64,000 bases of DNA from Octopus vulgaris (GCA_951406725.2 OX597818.1:131192001-131256000); one strand, 5' to 3'; positions 38,131-52,266 are shown, numbered from the stretch's first letter. Numbers and translations are program-made. The notes: generated from the letters alone by a model not told the origin.

Positions 38131-38849
38131 TCCCATGAAACTAAATATTGTAAAGCATTTTTTGCCAAAACTCTAACAATTCTTCTAATTCACATACTAT
38201 TTTAAAAAGCAAAAACACATTGAATACACCCAGAGAGGAGGTGGGCATAGTGGAATCATCCATCGTGCGACAGTTACTGCTTTCTGTATTTAATAGCAGA
38301 GCAGACCAGGCATGAATTCCAGTATGATACAGCTGTTTGAGTTTACCTGCACCTTATATTTGTCTTGTTTGTTGGGAGTGTGCATAGTGGCCCTTAAGGC
38401 ATTAAGAGAATTATAATGTGTGGTGCTGTAGTATTTGGTTAGTTATGTCATTGTTGGGATTAGTACTGTTGTTTTTGTTATTATCAATGTAATTGCAGTC
38501 ATGAAAAAATTCATGTTATTAACACTCACTGCTAATAGTACTTGTAATACTATTGCAACGACCATTTGTTTGATATTTGTACTGTTTGTTATTGTTGTTG
38601 TTGTTGTTGCTATTGAGGCAATTTTTTAATTTTTCTTTTTGCAAATATATTTTTCGAATTTAAGTATTTATTTACATTTGTTTTATTTCTTCCATGCACC
38701 CCCACCCTACTCCTGTATTACAGCTGTTATTCAAAAGTGTTTGTTTCAAACAAAGATGTAAACGAAATAAAAAATCAAAATTATGATGCTGATAATGATG
38801 ATGTTGATGATGATGATGCGAATAAAAATCGATAATAATAAAAATAAAG

Positions 38850-39575
<726 letters not shown>

Positions 39576-39810
39576 GTGCTGCTGCTGGTGTTGATGAGGA
39601 TGAAAATAAACAATATGAGAAGTAAAAAAAAATGACAGAAAAAAATTAAAATGACAAATATGCATGCATGTGTGGTGCATGTTAAAATGCATGTGCATAT
39701 ATTAAGCAGTGCAGTTTCTTGCATGTGTGTATGTATATTTGCAATTTATATATATGTATATGTATGTATGTATGTATGCATGTTTGTATGAATGTATGTA
39801 TGTATGTATG

Positions 39811-39844
<34 letters not shown>

Positions 39845-40017
39845 TGTATATTTATATATACACACATGGATATGGATATATATTTTCTTTCTTTTTTGTC
39901 TTTCTGAGAGTAGATGGTGTAATGCTTTTATTTGGGCCATTAGGGTATGCAGATCAATTCTTCTAATATTGGACTCCCTTTCACAGAAATTATCAATATT
40001 GGTTTAATGGAATCCCA

Positions 40018-40049
<32 letters not shown>

Positions 40050-40068
40050 TAATAATAATAATAATAAC

Positions 40069-40117
<49 letters not shown>

Positions 40118-40135
40118 TTAATAATGGTAATAATA

Positions 40136-40167
<32 letters not shown>

Positions 40168-41148
40168 GATGATAGCAACAACAACAATGATGATAACAAA
40201 AGCAGTAATGATAACAACAACAAAAATAATAACAGCAATGACAGTGATAATAATAAAATGATAATAACAATAACAACAACAGTACCAAAAACAACAACAA
40301 TAATAGAATAATAACAGGAATATTGATGATGATGATGATGGTGATAACTATTACTATTCAATAAAGAAAAAATATAGGAAAAATACTCCTTTGTACTCCT
40401 CAAAACTCATCCTGATGGCAATGATTATGATTACTCCGCTTTTCTATGCACTTCTTTATATATGACTAAATAAGTATTTTTTTCATTTATTTTCTTTTTG
40501 TTCTTGATTTACAGCCCTGCTTATGGCAATGGGTGGTGGTGGTGGTGGTTGTGGAGGGGCATGTGGAATGAGGATCATGTGCAGGCTTACAGCAGGTGGT
40601 TGTAGAATTTCAGGTAATGGGCAGTGTGCACTTAGATTGCATGATAAACATACCTTGATAATGCTCAGGTAATTTTTAGTCATCATTTAAATATTCCTCC
40701 TATCTCTTCCTTTTGTTTGGTATATTTAGAAATCATCATTTCACCACTACCATCATCATCATTGTCATTATCATCATCTTTATTATTATTAGTATATTTT
40801 ATACCATTATTTATAATTTTTTTTGGTAGTTTCTAATCTATTTATTTGAAGCATTTATTTTAAAATGACAATGAATTCGCATAATACAGGAGAAATTAGC
40901 GGGTGTTCAGATGGGTGTAAATGAGGTGGACAGCGTACCCCACCACCCACCCACCCAAAAACAGTGAGAACAATAACAGAAAGAAAGAGAGGAAGAAAGG
41001 AAGAGAGAAAAATGAAAGAGAAGTGTGGGTGTGTGATTGAAATGAAACAGTTGGTAGGGAATTAGGTGTGAGTGAGAAGAGGAAAGAATGATAGTGGTGA
41101 TTTATAAATAAAAAACTGACAGAAAGATATAGATCAGAATCTCTCTAT

Positions 41149-41177
<29 letters not shown>

Positions 41178-41183
<6 letters not shown>

Positions 41184-41370
41184 TAATCCAAACAAGAAAA
41201 CACAAAAAAAAACACAGCAACGCGAGGACGTGGAACAAATAAAGTATTATTGGACGCTCAGGAAAGAAGGGAAGAAGGAGGGTTTAACGTTTCGGGCGGA
41301 GCTCTTCGTCGGAAACAAAGGAGAAGGAAAGATCCCGAGAAGGGAAGACAGAGGAAAAAAAATTGCTGGT
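41178..41370 (-). mobile_element. Family E copy with CCGACGA-core minimal hammerhead motif (41283-41315)
   Basis: Minus strand ttt-ccgacga-agag-ctccg-ccc-gaaac-gtt-aaa; abuts (TA)n. Confidence 0.75.
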
Positions 41371-41850
41371 GGTGCAATGGAAGTTGATTAATAAATAAAA
41401 TAAAACGTATGCATATATACATACATATATGTACGTACCTACCTCTACATGTATATATACATGCATATATGGGTACAGGACACCAAAAAAACGTTGAAAA
41501 CAATGAGAAATGAAAACATAAACACAAAACCAAGGAAATTGATATTTTTCATAAACAACAAAAAAATAGAGTACAGGACATACAACACAAGGAGAATTCC
41601 CCTTCTTCAGTCGCCTTTGTTTCATCTACTCCACGTTTTGAAGGTCAGGTGAGACATGACTTTAATGAAACATTCCTTCTCGCGAAAAGCAAATTAAATA
41701 AAATTTGAGATTTTTTTGCGGAGGGGTAAAAATGGTAACAAAAACAGGACAGTAATGACAGTACAAGATATAAACAGTAAAAGACAGGACAAGGAGAATA
41801 ACAATAACACAAACAAGAAGGGCTGTTAAATATATATATACATATATCTC

Positions 41851-42056
41851 AAGGTGGCAAGCTGGCAGAACTGTTAGCATGCCAGGTGATATGTGTAGCA
41901 GCAGTTCGTCTGTCTTTATATTCTGGATTCATATTCCACTGAGGTTGACTATCCATTTCAGGGGTCAATAAAATCAGTACCAGTTGAATATTGGGGTCGA
42001 TGTAATTGACTTACTCCCCCCCAAATTGCTGGCCTTGTGCAAAAGTTTGAAAGCAA
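41851..42056 (+). mobile_element. SINE A2
   Basis: aaggtggcaagctggcagaa...aaattgctggccttgtgcaaaagtttgaaagcaatat. Confidence 0.8.
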
Positions 42057-42129
42057 TATATATATGTATATATAAACAATATGAGAGACCACTATGTGGA
42101 TCCTTTGTATGCTAAAAATAGATGTCAAG

Positions 42130-42680
42130 CCGTCTGCTGGAAGGTTGGTGTTAGGAAGGTCATCCAGCTGCAAAAACCATGCTAAAGCAGACACAGAAGA
42201 CTGGTGCAAGCTCCTGCCTGGCCAGCTCCAGTCAAGCTGTCCAACCCATGCCAGCATGGAAGGCAGATGTTAAACAATGATAATAGTGTATGTATATGTA
42301 TTCTTTTTTGGATTAGTGAATCTCGAACTAGATAAAACTATAAATCATCATCATCATCATCATCATCGTTTAATGTCCGTTCTCCATGCTAGCATGGGTT
42401 GGACGGTTCGACCGGGGATCTGGGAAGCCAGAAGGCTGCACCAGGCTCCGGTCTTATCTGACAATGTTTCTACAGCTGGATGCCCTTCCTAACACCAACC
42501 ACTCCGTGAGTGTAGTGGGTGCTTTTTACGTGCCACCTGCACTGGTGCCAGGCGAGGCTGGCATCGGCCACGGTCGGATTGGTGCATTTTACGTGCCACC
42601 TGCACGGAAGCCAGTCGAGACGGCACTGGCTTCGGCCATGATTCAGCCAGTCGAGGCGGCACTGGCTTCGGCCACGATTC
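42130..42680. mobile_element. Tail-to-tail pair of family R elements (+ 42130-42285; - 42345-42680)
   Basis: Both carry ggaag.catccagctg and ccaacccatgc.agcatgga, in opposite orientation. Confidence 0.8.
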
Positions 42681-42749
42681 AATATTGTGAATAATAGAAT
42701 CATGTAAATATTGGGTTGCAAAATCCCATCAACTATAAATATATATATA

Positions 42750-42905
42750 CAGTAATCCCTTGCCATATCACGGTTCACCTATCACACATTCTATACATTG
42801 CGGTTTACCTATTCTGCACTTAGTACATCGTGGATTTTCCTGGCTAATATATGGAAATATATATCATGGATTCCTCAGTATTTTGCAGGTTTCTGTGGCC
42901 AATAG
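42750..42905 (+). mobile_element. Tigger/pogo-like DNA transposon end
   Basis: TA|CAGTAATCCCTTGCCATATCACGG resembles a CpG-decayed Tigger-type TIR; only one end seen. Confidence 0.45.
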
Positions 42906-42942
42906 GTATTTATATTTTATGTATATATATATATATTTTCTT

Positions 42943-42986
<44 letters not shown>

Positions 42987-42989
<3 letters not shown>

Positions 42990-43200
42990 TCATTATTTAA
43001 CATCTGTTGTCCATGCTGGCATGGGTTGGACGGTTTAACCAGGGCTGGCAAACTGAGGTGCTGCACCAAACTCCAGTCTGATTTGGCATGGTTTCTGTGG
43101 CTGGATACCCTTCCTAATGCCAACCACTCCAAGAGTGTAATGGGTACTTTTACACGCCACCAGCACGGGTGCCATTAGTGTGACACCACTAGAATCTGCC
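42987..43200 (-). mobile_element. Family R element
   Basis: Same sequence as 126-314, moderately diverged. Confidence 0.75.
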
Positions 43201-43994
43201 ACAGTTGAGAGAGTCAGTTGTTGTTGTGTGTGTGTGTGTTTGTGTGTATATATATTCACACACACACACAGAAATAATCAGCACATACACAACAGATACA
43301 CATACACAAGAGATACACATACACAAGAGATTCAAATACAGCACAGATGTACACATATAATACACTTTCTGATTGATAGTGCACAATCTGTAAATATGCA
43401 TAATATAGTTAATTGGTTACATCTCTTCATCACAAGTGGTTCGTTTTGGTTTGTTAATCTAACTTTTACAGAAACACTCATGTATGGTCATTAAATTAAG
43501 AGAGTAGGAGTGAGAGAGAGAGTTAGAGAGGGAGAATGAAAGAAAAAGAGAGTTTGAGACAGGAATGGAGAGAGAGAGGGAAAAATGGAGAGGGAAGAGG
43601 GGGAGGAAAAAGAGAGAGGATAAGAGAGAGTAAGAGAAAGAATGAGAGGGAGATTGAAAGAAAAAGAGAGTTTGAGACAGGAATGGAGAGAGAGAGGGAA
43701 AGATGGAGAGGGAAGGGGAGGAGGAAAAAGAGAGAGAATAAGAGAGAGTAAGAGAAAGAATGAGAGGGAGACAGACTGAAAGAAAGAGAAAGACAGAGTG
43801 AGCAAGAGAGAGAGAGAGAGGAGGAGGAGAGAAAGGAAAGGAGATTTACGTGTTGAAGATGAATATAAGTTTCCATAATGTAAATTGATGTCTTTATAAG
43901 AAAATGACGTAGAAGTTGTGATGGCCATCAATTACATGAGGAGGAAAACAAAATCTCTTCTATAAAGGACTGAAACCACATTCTAAGCAGGGCA

Positions 43995-44202
43995 GCTACA
44001 TCATCATCATCACTATTATTATTAGTATTATTATTGTTGTTGTTGTTGTTGTTATTATTATTATTATTACTATTATTACTGTTATTATTATTATTATTAT
44101 TATTATCATTACTATTATTACAGTTATTATTATTATCATTATTATTATTATTATTATTATTAGTACTCTTATTATTATTATCATTATTATTATTATTATT
44201 AC

Positions 44203-44235
<33 letters not shown>

Positions 44236-44267
44236 CATTACTATTATTACTGTTATTATCATTATCA

Positions 44268-44301
<34 letters not shown>

Positions 44302-44423
44302 TGTTATTATTATTATCATTATTATTATTATTATTACTGTTATTATTATTATCATTATTATTATTATTATTACTGTTATTATTATTATCATTATTATTAT
44401 TATTATTACTGTTATTATTATTA

Positions 44424-44460
<37 letters not shown>

Positions 44461-44532
44461 TGTTATTATTATTATCATTATTATAATTATTATTACTGTT
44501 ATTATTATTATCATTATTATTATTATTATCAT
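43995..44532. repeat. Imperfect (TTA)n microsatellite
   Basis: Direct reading; resumes at 45045-45241. Confidence 0.97.
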
Positions 44533-45044
44533 TGAGTGAGCGAGCAGAGCATGCCATCAAAGTGACACTGGGGTAAAATATACGAAGCCCAGTATACCCA
44601 TCATGACTACCCGTCTGATAAGGGTACACCAGGCACATGCATCACAAACATATGTGCGCGACATGGTGATCTCATATCAAGATAAACAGCACATGACCTT
44701 GCAGGTGGAGCCCAGTTAGTATTTTCTTCAGATCGAGTAACCCATCTTGCTCAAATGGTCCCTGAATAAGGGTTGTTTAAGGACGTTGAATGAAAAACCC
44801 ATGTTTCCAGAGGTGAATTATTCAAACCCCAAAGAATCCTTCTCAACACATGGCTATGATGCTCCCCCACTACTTCTGCTCGTGATCAGAGATGCACATA
44901 TCGTCAGCCACTAAGGGACATGCTCAACTGGTTAAGGTCAAACAACTGACAAGCAAATCTGTGGTATTGAGCAGAATATTTGCTGTAGCCCATCTTTTAT
45001 ACCAAGACAAAACAATGTACATGATAACACTTCCAATCAGTTAA
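44533..45044 (-). mobile_element. Unclassified ~510-bp insertion inside (TTA)n; probable 3' UTR of a non-LTR element
   Basis: Complex sequence with sharp borders; ttattatcatt on both sides; the same microsatellite pattern continues left and right. Strand is inferred. Confidence 0.5.
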
Positions 45045-45175
45045 GTTATTATCATTATTATTATTATTATTATTATTACTGTTATTATTATTATTATTAC
45101 TATTATTACTGTTATTATTATTATCATCATCATTATTATTATTATTATTATTACTGTTATTATTATTATTATTAC

Positions 45176-45220
<45 letters not shown>

Positions 45221-45302
45221 TGTTATTGTTATTATTATTATCAAAAAATACCTTAGGAACGAGAACCTAGGTTCAAAATTTTCCCAAGAAAATTTTCCCA
45301 AG

Positions 45303-45346
45303 AAACCTGATGAAGGCTGGAGGATATATCAGCTGAAACATTGTGT
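45303..45346 (+). ncRNA. Partly decayed minimal hammerhead motif in a short repeat (~45243-45410)
   Basis: AAAC-CUGAUGA-A-GGCUG-gaggauauau-CAGCU-GAAAC-AUU-GUGU; stems I and III are imperfect. Confidence 0.5.
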
Positions 45347-45732
45347 TAACAACAAACAAGATGAGGACAAATATCCATCAAATGTAAATAATGTACATAA
45401 TTCCTCATCTCTTTTTTTTTCTCTCTCTAGTTTCAGCTCAGAGCTGCGGCCATGCTGATGCACTGCCATTAAATATAGAAATGTAAAAAAATTATTGTGA
45501 ATGCTTTCCTTCCACATTTGACTTAACCTTAAAAAAACATTCTCTTTCTCCATCATTTGAAGATAAACCTTTTACATGCTTGCAAGGGTCAAGCAAAATT
45601 CATTGGGATGGATTTTTTTTTTATGGCCTGATGCCATGTCTTTCATCAACCTTAGCCTATTTTCATGGAAAGTAGCATCTGGCTCCCATGGCAAAACATG
45701 TTTTGCATGGAGAATTGGAAATGATTGATACC

Positions 45733-45966
45733 TATTTCTTTACTACCCACAAGGGGCTAAACACAGAATGGATAAACAAGGACAGACAAATGGATTAAGT
45801 CGATTACATCGACCCCAGTGTGTAACAGGTACTTAATTTATCGACCCCGAAAGGATGAAAGGCAAAGTCGACCTCGGCGGAATTTGAACTCAGAACGTAA
45901 CAGCAGACGAAATACAGCTAAGCATTTCGCCCGGCGTGCTAACGATTCTGCCAGCTCGCCGCCGAT
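45733..45966 (-). mobile_element. SINE family A with 12-bp TSD, nested in an older repeat
   Basis: TSD atgattgatacc at 45721-45732 and 45967-45978; the host repeat is related to 19985-20360. Confidence 0.9.
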
Positions 45967-46809
45967 ATGATTGATACCAGTTGCCTGATACTGTCACTTA
46001 TTTACAATGATCATGTGATGTATCAAGTCAAGGAGATACAAACACACACACACACACACACACACATACATACACACACACACATACACACACATACACA
46101 CACATGCCTGCCTTCCTAACCACACACCCATGTCTGTGCTCATACAAATAAATACCTAATATAAACTGAAAAAAGATGTAGTTGTTTTTTTTTATTATTT
46201 ATTGTTGTTTCATCTACTTCTGAATAAGAAATTTATTGGACTACTTAATACAAAGGTCAAGAGATCAAATCTGTTGCAGTGCTGTTTTTTCTTTTTTTAT
46301 GATTCTAGGTACATTTTATTTTATATTACCTGTGTTCAACAAGATGTCAGCAAAAGATATCCTGGGGAAGATTTATCATCCATTTATCTTCATACGATGA
46401 AAAATTGAACTGATCAGCATCCATTCAAAAGCCTTTCAGAGATTAAAAGATATTTAAAATGTTACAAGTATGCACACTACTTTATTACATAATCCTGTTG
46501 ATACTAACTTCTAGTTAGTTCAAGTTCTTTCATTAAAAACGAAATGATTTAAAGTATTTATATTTAATTCTTTTGTATTCAGATTACTCTGTCAAATGTG
46601 TGACTATTAGTTTTAATTAATTGTGCATTATCTTATAACATTGAGATTTCAATTATGTGATTATTTATTTTGAGAAATGACATTGCAGGGTGGAGGTGAT
46701 ATCAGATCTAGCTAGTTTGAACATAAAACAGGTAGAAAATTTGAGCTAGATATGGCCTGTTTAAATGCTAATAGATAAAGCAAAAATATTTTCATCCTAA
46801 TTTTGGGTA

Positions 46810-47050
46810 AGAAAATTTAAAGCTATGTTCCAAGCATCAAGTTAATAACTTGAGCATTATTTTAGAGTCACTCCAAATTCCTTTTAGGTTAGAAAATTTA
46901 AAGCTATGTTCCAAGCATCAAGTTAATAACTTGAGCATTATTTTAGAGTCACTCCAAATTCCTTTTAGGTTAGAAAATTTAAAGCTATGTTCCAAACATC
47001 AAGTTAATAAATAGAAAGTTAGCTATTTCAAAGAGTCACTCGAAATTTCT
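46810..47050. repeat. 81-bp tandem repeat, about 3 copies
   Basis: gaaaatttaaagctatgttcc starts at 46811, 46892 and 46973; the first two units look identical and the third diverges. Confidence 0.95.
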
Positions 47051-47325
47051 GATTCTTTTCAGAAATGAGTGAAGTATTAAGGAAGAGAATTTTATATGAA
47101 ATTTTGTCATAAATAGAATTGAAAACAGTTTGCTTGTGGAAGAGCAGTCAATCAGAAACCCTGCATATCAGATGCTAGCAGGTTTCAGAAGTGATTGGGA
47201 GAGAATGTACTCCATTTCTGAACCTTACCTCTCAACAGCTTTACAGTGCACTGGCCTCACTTACTGGATTAACTGACTAATATTCAGGATCATCACCAGT
47301 ATTCAAATTGTGGAGGTCGTACAGG

Positions 47326-47535
47326 TCTCTTTTACTCTTTTACTTGTTTCAGTCATTTGACTGTGGCCATGCTGGAGCACCGCCTTTAGTCGAGCAAATT
47401 GACCCCGGGACTTATTCTTTGTAAGCCGAGTACTTATTCTATCGGTCTCTTTTGTCGAACCGCTAAGTGACGAGGACGTAAACACACCAGCATCGGTTGT
47501 CAAGCAATGCTAGGGGGACAAACACAGACACACAA

Positions 47536-47594
<59 letters not shown>

Positions 47595-47757
47595 TACGAC
47601 AGGCTTCTTTCAGTTTCTGTCTACCAAATCCACTCACAAGGCATTGGTCGGCCCGGGGCTATAGCAGAAGACACTTGCCCAAGATGCCACGCAGTGGGAC
47701 TGAACCCAGAACCATGTGGTTGGTTAGCAAGCTACTTACCACACAGCCACTCCTGCG
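47326..47757 (-). mobile_element. SINE family B, young full-length copy
   Basis: Nearly identical to 28902-29288. Confidence 0.9.
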
Positions 47758-48170
47758 ACTATCATATAGGCCAAAAGGTACCCGCCACACTCACCTCACC
47801 TCATCATCCTTTTTTCAGCCATATCCAATGATTGGCTCTCTCAACTGTTGACTGGATTTCTTTGAAGATGGTGTTTACTTGACGATGATTGATGCCAGTG
47901 GAGAGCAATCACCGTCTCAGTTTAGTTCCTATAAAACTACATCTAACAGGCAAAGTAGCAAGTTAGAAAATCTTTATAAGAGATAAAAGTTGTAGCTACA
48001 CTGAGAAGTAATGTTTTCACCACTTCAACATGGCTGTTCCATACAAACCAATGTTACTACACTTTTTAACCCCCAAGAGGAAGTATCCTCTAGCTGATTA
48101 TCAAGGCAACCTGAAACCCAACATATATTACAAGCAGATACCCCTGTCATCTTCTAGTAACTTGACAAGA

Positions 48171-48219
48171 CCAGCAGACCATCCAGTTTCAGGCTATTCT
48201 TGCCCATCCTCAGTGGTGG
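48171..48219 (-). ncRNA. Type I hammerhead ribozyme motif (unit 1, partly decayed)
   Basis: CCACCA-CUGAGGA-U-GGGC-aagaaua-GCCU-GAAA-CUGGAUGG-UC-UGCUGG; one stem I mismatch. Confidence 0.6.
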
Positions 48220-48534
48220 ATACCTGTCCACTAGTGAATACAGTAGTTCCCTCCAGCTCCCAATATGTAGAAAACCAAGCAACAATCAGCTACTGGTCTT
48301 GCAACAAGCAAAGTAGCTACTTAGAAAATGTCTATAGGAGATGAAAGGAGTAACTATACTAAGAAGTAATGTTAGTTGCCATTTCAACATGGCTGTTTCA
48401 TATGAACTGATGTTACAACCATTTTTAACCCCAAGAGGAAGCATCCTCCAGCTAGTTATCAACGCAATCTGAACCCTGACGTATATTGCAAGCAAGGGAG
48501 TGAACCTCTACCATTTTTTAGCAACTTGGTAGGA

Positions 48535-48584
48535 CCAGCAGACCAGGCTAGTTTCAGACTATTTTTGCCCATCCTCAGTGCTGG
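48535..48584 (-). ncRNA. Type I hammerhead ribozyme motif (unit 2)
   Basis: CCAGCA-CUGAGGA-U-GGGC-aaaaaua-GUCU-GAAA-CUAGCCUGG-UC-UGCUGG; perfect 6-bp stem I, GUC cleavage triplet. Confidence 0.72.
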
Positions 48585-48966
48585 ACACTTGTCTGCTAGA
48601 GATAACAGTAGTTCACTCCAGCTCCCAATAATAGGAAAATAAGTGGCAATCAGTCACTGGTCTTGTTACAAGCAAAGCAGCTAGTTAGAAAATCTCTATA
48701 AAAGATGAAAATAGTAACTGTACTGTGAGGTAATGTTTGTCACCACTTCAACATGGCTGTTTCATACAAACTGACGCCACTACCATTTTTTCTACATCCA
48801 TCTTCTACAGGAAAGTTTGCTGCTTGCCAACCATCATCTTTATGGCCTTGAAATGCTTATCTTTCCTAACTTGAGCAGCATTGGTACTGTCCTGATTTGG
48901 AGCATTGTATGACCTTACATTCCTCACAGCAGATTATCATATCAAGCATCTTTGTTGTTGAAATTA

Positions 48967-49193
48967 TATTTCTTTACTACCCACAAGGGGCTAAACACAG
49001 AGGAGACAAACAAGGACAGACAAAGGGATTAAGTCGATTACATCGACCTCAGTGCGTAACTGGTACTTAATTTATCGACCCTGGAAGGATGAAAGGCAAA
49101 GTCGACCTCGGCGGAATTTGAACTCGGAACGTAACGGCAGACGAAATACGGTAATGCATTTCGCCCGGCATGCTAACGTTTCTGCCAGCTCGC
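48967..49193 (-). mobile_element. SINE family A with 17-bp TSD
   Basis: TSD ctttgttgttgaaatta at 48950-48966 and 49194-49210. Confidence 0.92.
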
Positions 49194-49506
49194 CTTTGTT
49201 GTTGAAATTAAAAAGAGGATTCACATCATAAACGATCTATGGCCTCCTGCCAAAAATCTATCCCCAAAAGTTCATGCCATACACGGCTTCCTCCTATTTT
49301 GGGTAACCCTATTTTGCTGATCCTGAGAAATGAATGTGAGAAAACTACTTATTAAATGTATTGCAGAGAACGTTGTACTCCATACTACCATGTTGCTGAA
49401 TTGAGAATCTCTTGAAAAGAAAACACAAGAGAGCCTTATCTGTTGTTTCCTCTCAGCCTGTGTGAGGATCTGATCCAACCACTGCAGGTTCTATGGCAAC
49501 AAATCG

Positions 49507-50370
<864 letters not shown>

Positions 50371-51265
50371 ATATGAGGAACAGATAGTTGGGCAGTTGGA
50401 TGTTTGAATATACATACATGCATGCATACAAACACACAGATATTTCTGGTACAAGAGAAATGCATATGCAGTGTGTACATAAGTTGTAGAAATACATGTA
50501 AGCTTGACTGTCAAGATGATAAAAGAGAGACACAACCAGCAATCTATTGATCAATCAACTTGAAATCTACTTAGATAAGCACAGCCGTTATTATTGTGGA
50601 GAAATTCTAAGTTAATGAGTAGATATAGCTTAGAAGATGAGAACACTTTCAAAGTTATTAGTGCATGCATGTGTGTTGTGTGTGTGTCGTGTGTGTAGGG
50701 GGCATACTTGTGTGTGAGTTTGAGGATTTATTAATAAATGAATGTTCATACATGTGTATACAACAAATGCACATATGCACATAAATATATACATAAATAT
50801 ACATATATCTGTCCTCGTGCACACATATAACTTCTATTTTCCCACCACATTGAAAGCACAGAAAGAATGTGCTTACACTCTAAATATTTCCCACATAACT
50901 AAGCATTGTCATATGTGAGCGTGTGTGTGTGTGTGTGTGTGTGTGTGAGTGTGTAAATTTGACACTTTGCTGGTCGTATTTTTACCTCCTCCAAGTAAAT
51001 AGATTGATAAATAGTAGAAAAATGTCACACAAATAACATGGAGAAGATTATGAGACAAAGAGGAAACATATACAATATACAACATTAGACAAGCAAATGC
51101 ATGAAAGTGGAAACAGCATAAAAATATAGAGTCGAAAAAAAAACAATCAAAGAAGTACAAAATAACGATAAATACGACAAAGGAAGAAATATAAGCAAAT
51201 CTAACATTCTAGGTAACCAATATCAAAGAGATGAGAAAGGATTAAAAGAGACGAGAAAAAGATTA

Positions 51266-52016
51266 CGGCATAGGAGTGGCTATGTGGTAAGTAGCTTGCT
51301 TACCAACAACATGGTCCCGGTTTCAGTCCCACTGCGTAGCACCTCTGGTAAGTGTCTTCTACTATAGCCTCGGGCCGACCAAAGCCTTGTGAGTGGATTT
51401 GGTAGACGGAAACTGAAAGAAGCCCGTCGTATATATGTATATATGAAGGCGCGTGGCTCAGTGGTTAGAGCGTCGAGCTTACGATCGTGAGGTTGTGAGC
51501 TCGAATCCCGGACCGGGCTGCATGTTGTGTTCTTGAGCAAGACACTTTATTTCACGTTGCTCCAGTTCACTCAGCTGTAGAAATGAGTTGCAGCGTCACA
51601 GGTGCCAAGCTGTATCGGCCCTTGCCTTTCCCTTGGACAACATCGGTGATGTGGAGAGGGGAAGCCGGTATGCATGGGCAACTGCTGGTCTTCCATGAAA
51701 CAACCTTGCCCAGACTTGTGCTTCATAGAGTAACTCTCTAGGTGCAAACCCATGGTCAGTGTCTGACCGAAGGGGGTCACTATGCACTATATGTATGTAT
51801 GTGTGTGTAGATGTTTGTGTGTCTGTGCTTGTCCCTCCAACATAGCTTGACAACTGACGATGGTGTTTAGGTCCCCATAACATAGCAGTTCAACATAAGA
51901 GACCAATAGAATAAGTACTAGGTTTACAAAGAATAAGTCCTGGGGTCGATTTTCTCAACTAAAGGCGGTGCTCCAGCATGGCCACAGTCACATGACTGAA
52001 ACAAGTAAAAGAGTAA
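51266..52016 (+). mobile_element. SINE family B hosting a nested SINE D
   Basis: Head half 51266-51444 and tail half ~51790-52016. Confidence 0.9.
51445..51788 (+). mobile_element. SINE family D (tRNA head plus CORE-like domain)
   Basis: ggcgcgtggctcagtggttagagcg...gagctcgaatccc followed by gttgtgttcttgagcaagacacttt...cactcagctgtagaaatgag (CORE-like). A 3' fragment also occurs at ~17657-17700. Confidence 0.85.
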
Positions 52017-52225
52017 AAAAATATTCCAATATAGTAAAAATCACTTGCCAAAGGTACCACACAGTGGGACTGGACCCAGGACCATGGGGTTGGGAAGTAG
52101 ACTTCTTACCACACCACTTATAAACATATATATATATATATATATACATACATATAGATAGATAGATAATACATATGTATATATATTGATAGATATATAG
52201 ATAGATTATATATATATATATATAT

Positions 52226-52266
<41 letters not shown>

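Larger units (their letters stand above)
47945..48790 (-). repeat. ~360-bp tandem repeat (2.3 copies) with a type I hammerhead in each complete unit; retrozyme-like
   Basis: Unit starts caaag(t/c)agc at 47951, 48309 and 48673 (periods 358 and 364); hammerheads at 48171-48219 and 48535-48584. Confidence 0.8.

Noticed and set aside
41590-41690. CUGAAGA followed by a hairpin on the minus strand
   Set aside because: No correctly placed GAAA or stem III; the surrounding 41465-41830 segment is probably a repeat, but I cannot classify it.
46564-46780. Possible piggyBac-like TTAA MITE
   Set aside because: The termini are too decayed to demonstrate TIRs or a TSD from this window alone.
46810-47050. 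Regular repeats that could be mistaken for a CRISPR array
   Set aside because: The whole 81-bp unit is repeated with no unique spacers; eukaryotic context and no cas genes.
48030-48344. 104-aa ORF in the 360-bp tandem unit
   Set aside because: The frame is not preserved in the second unit (indels and stops), so the repeat is non-coding.
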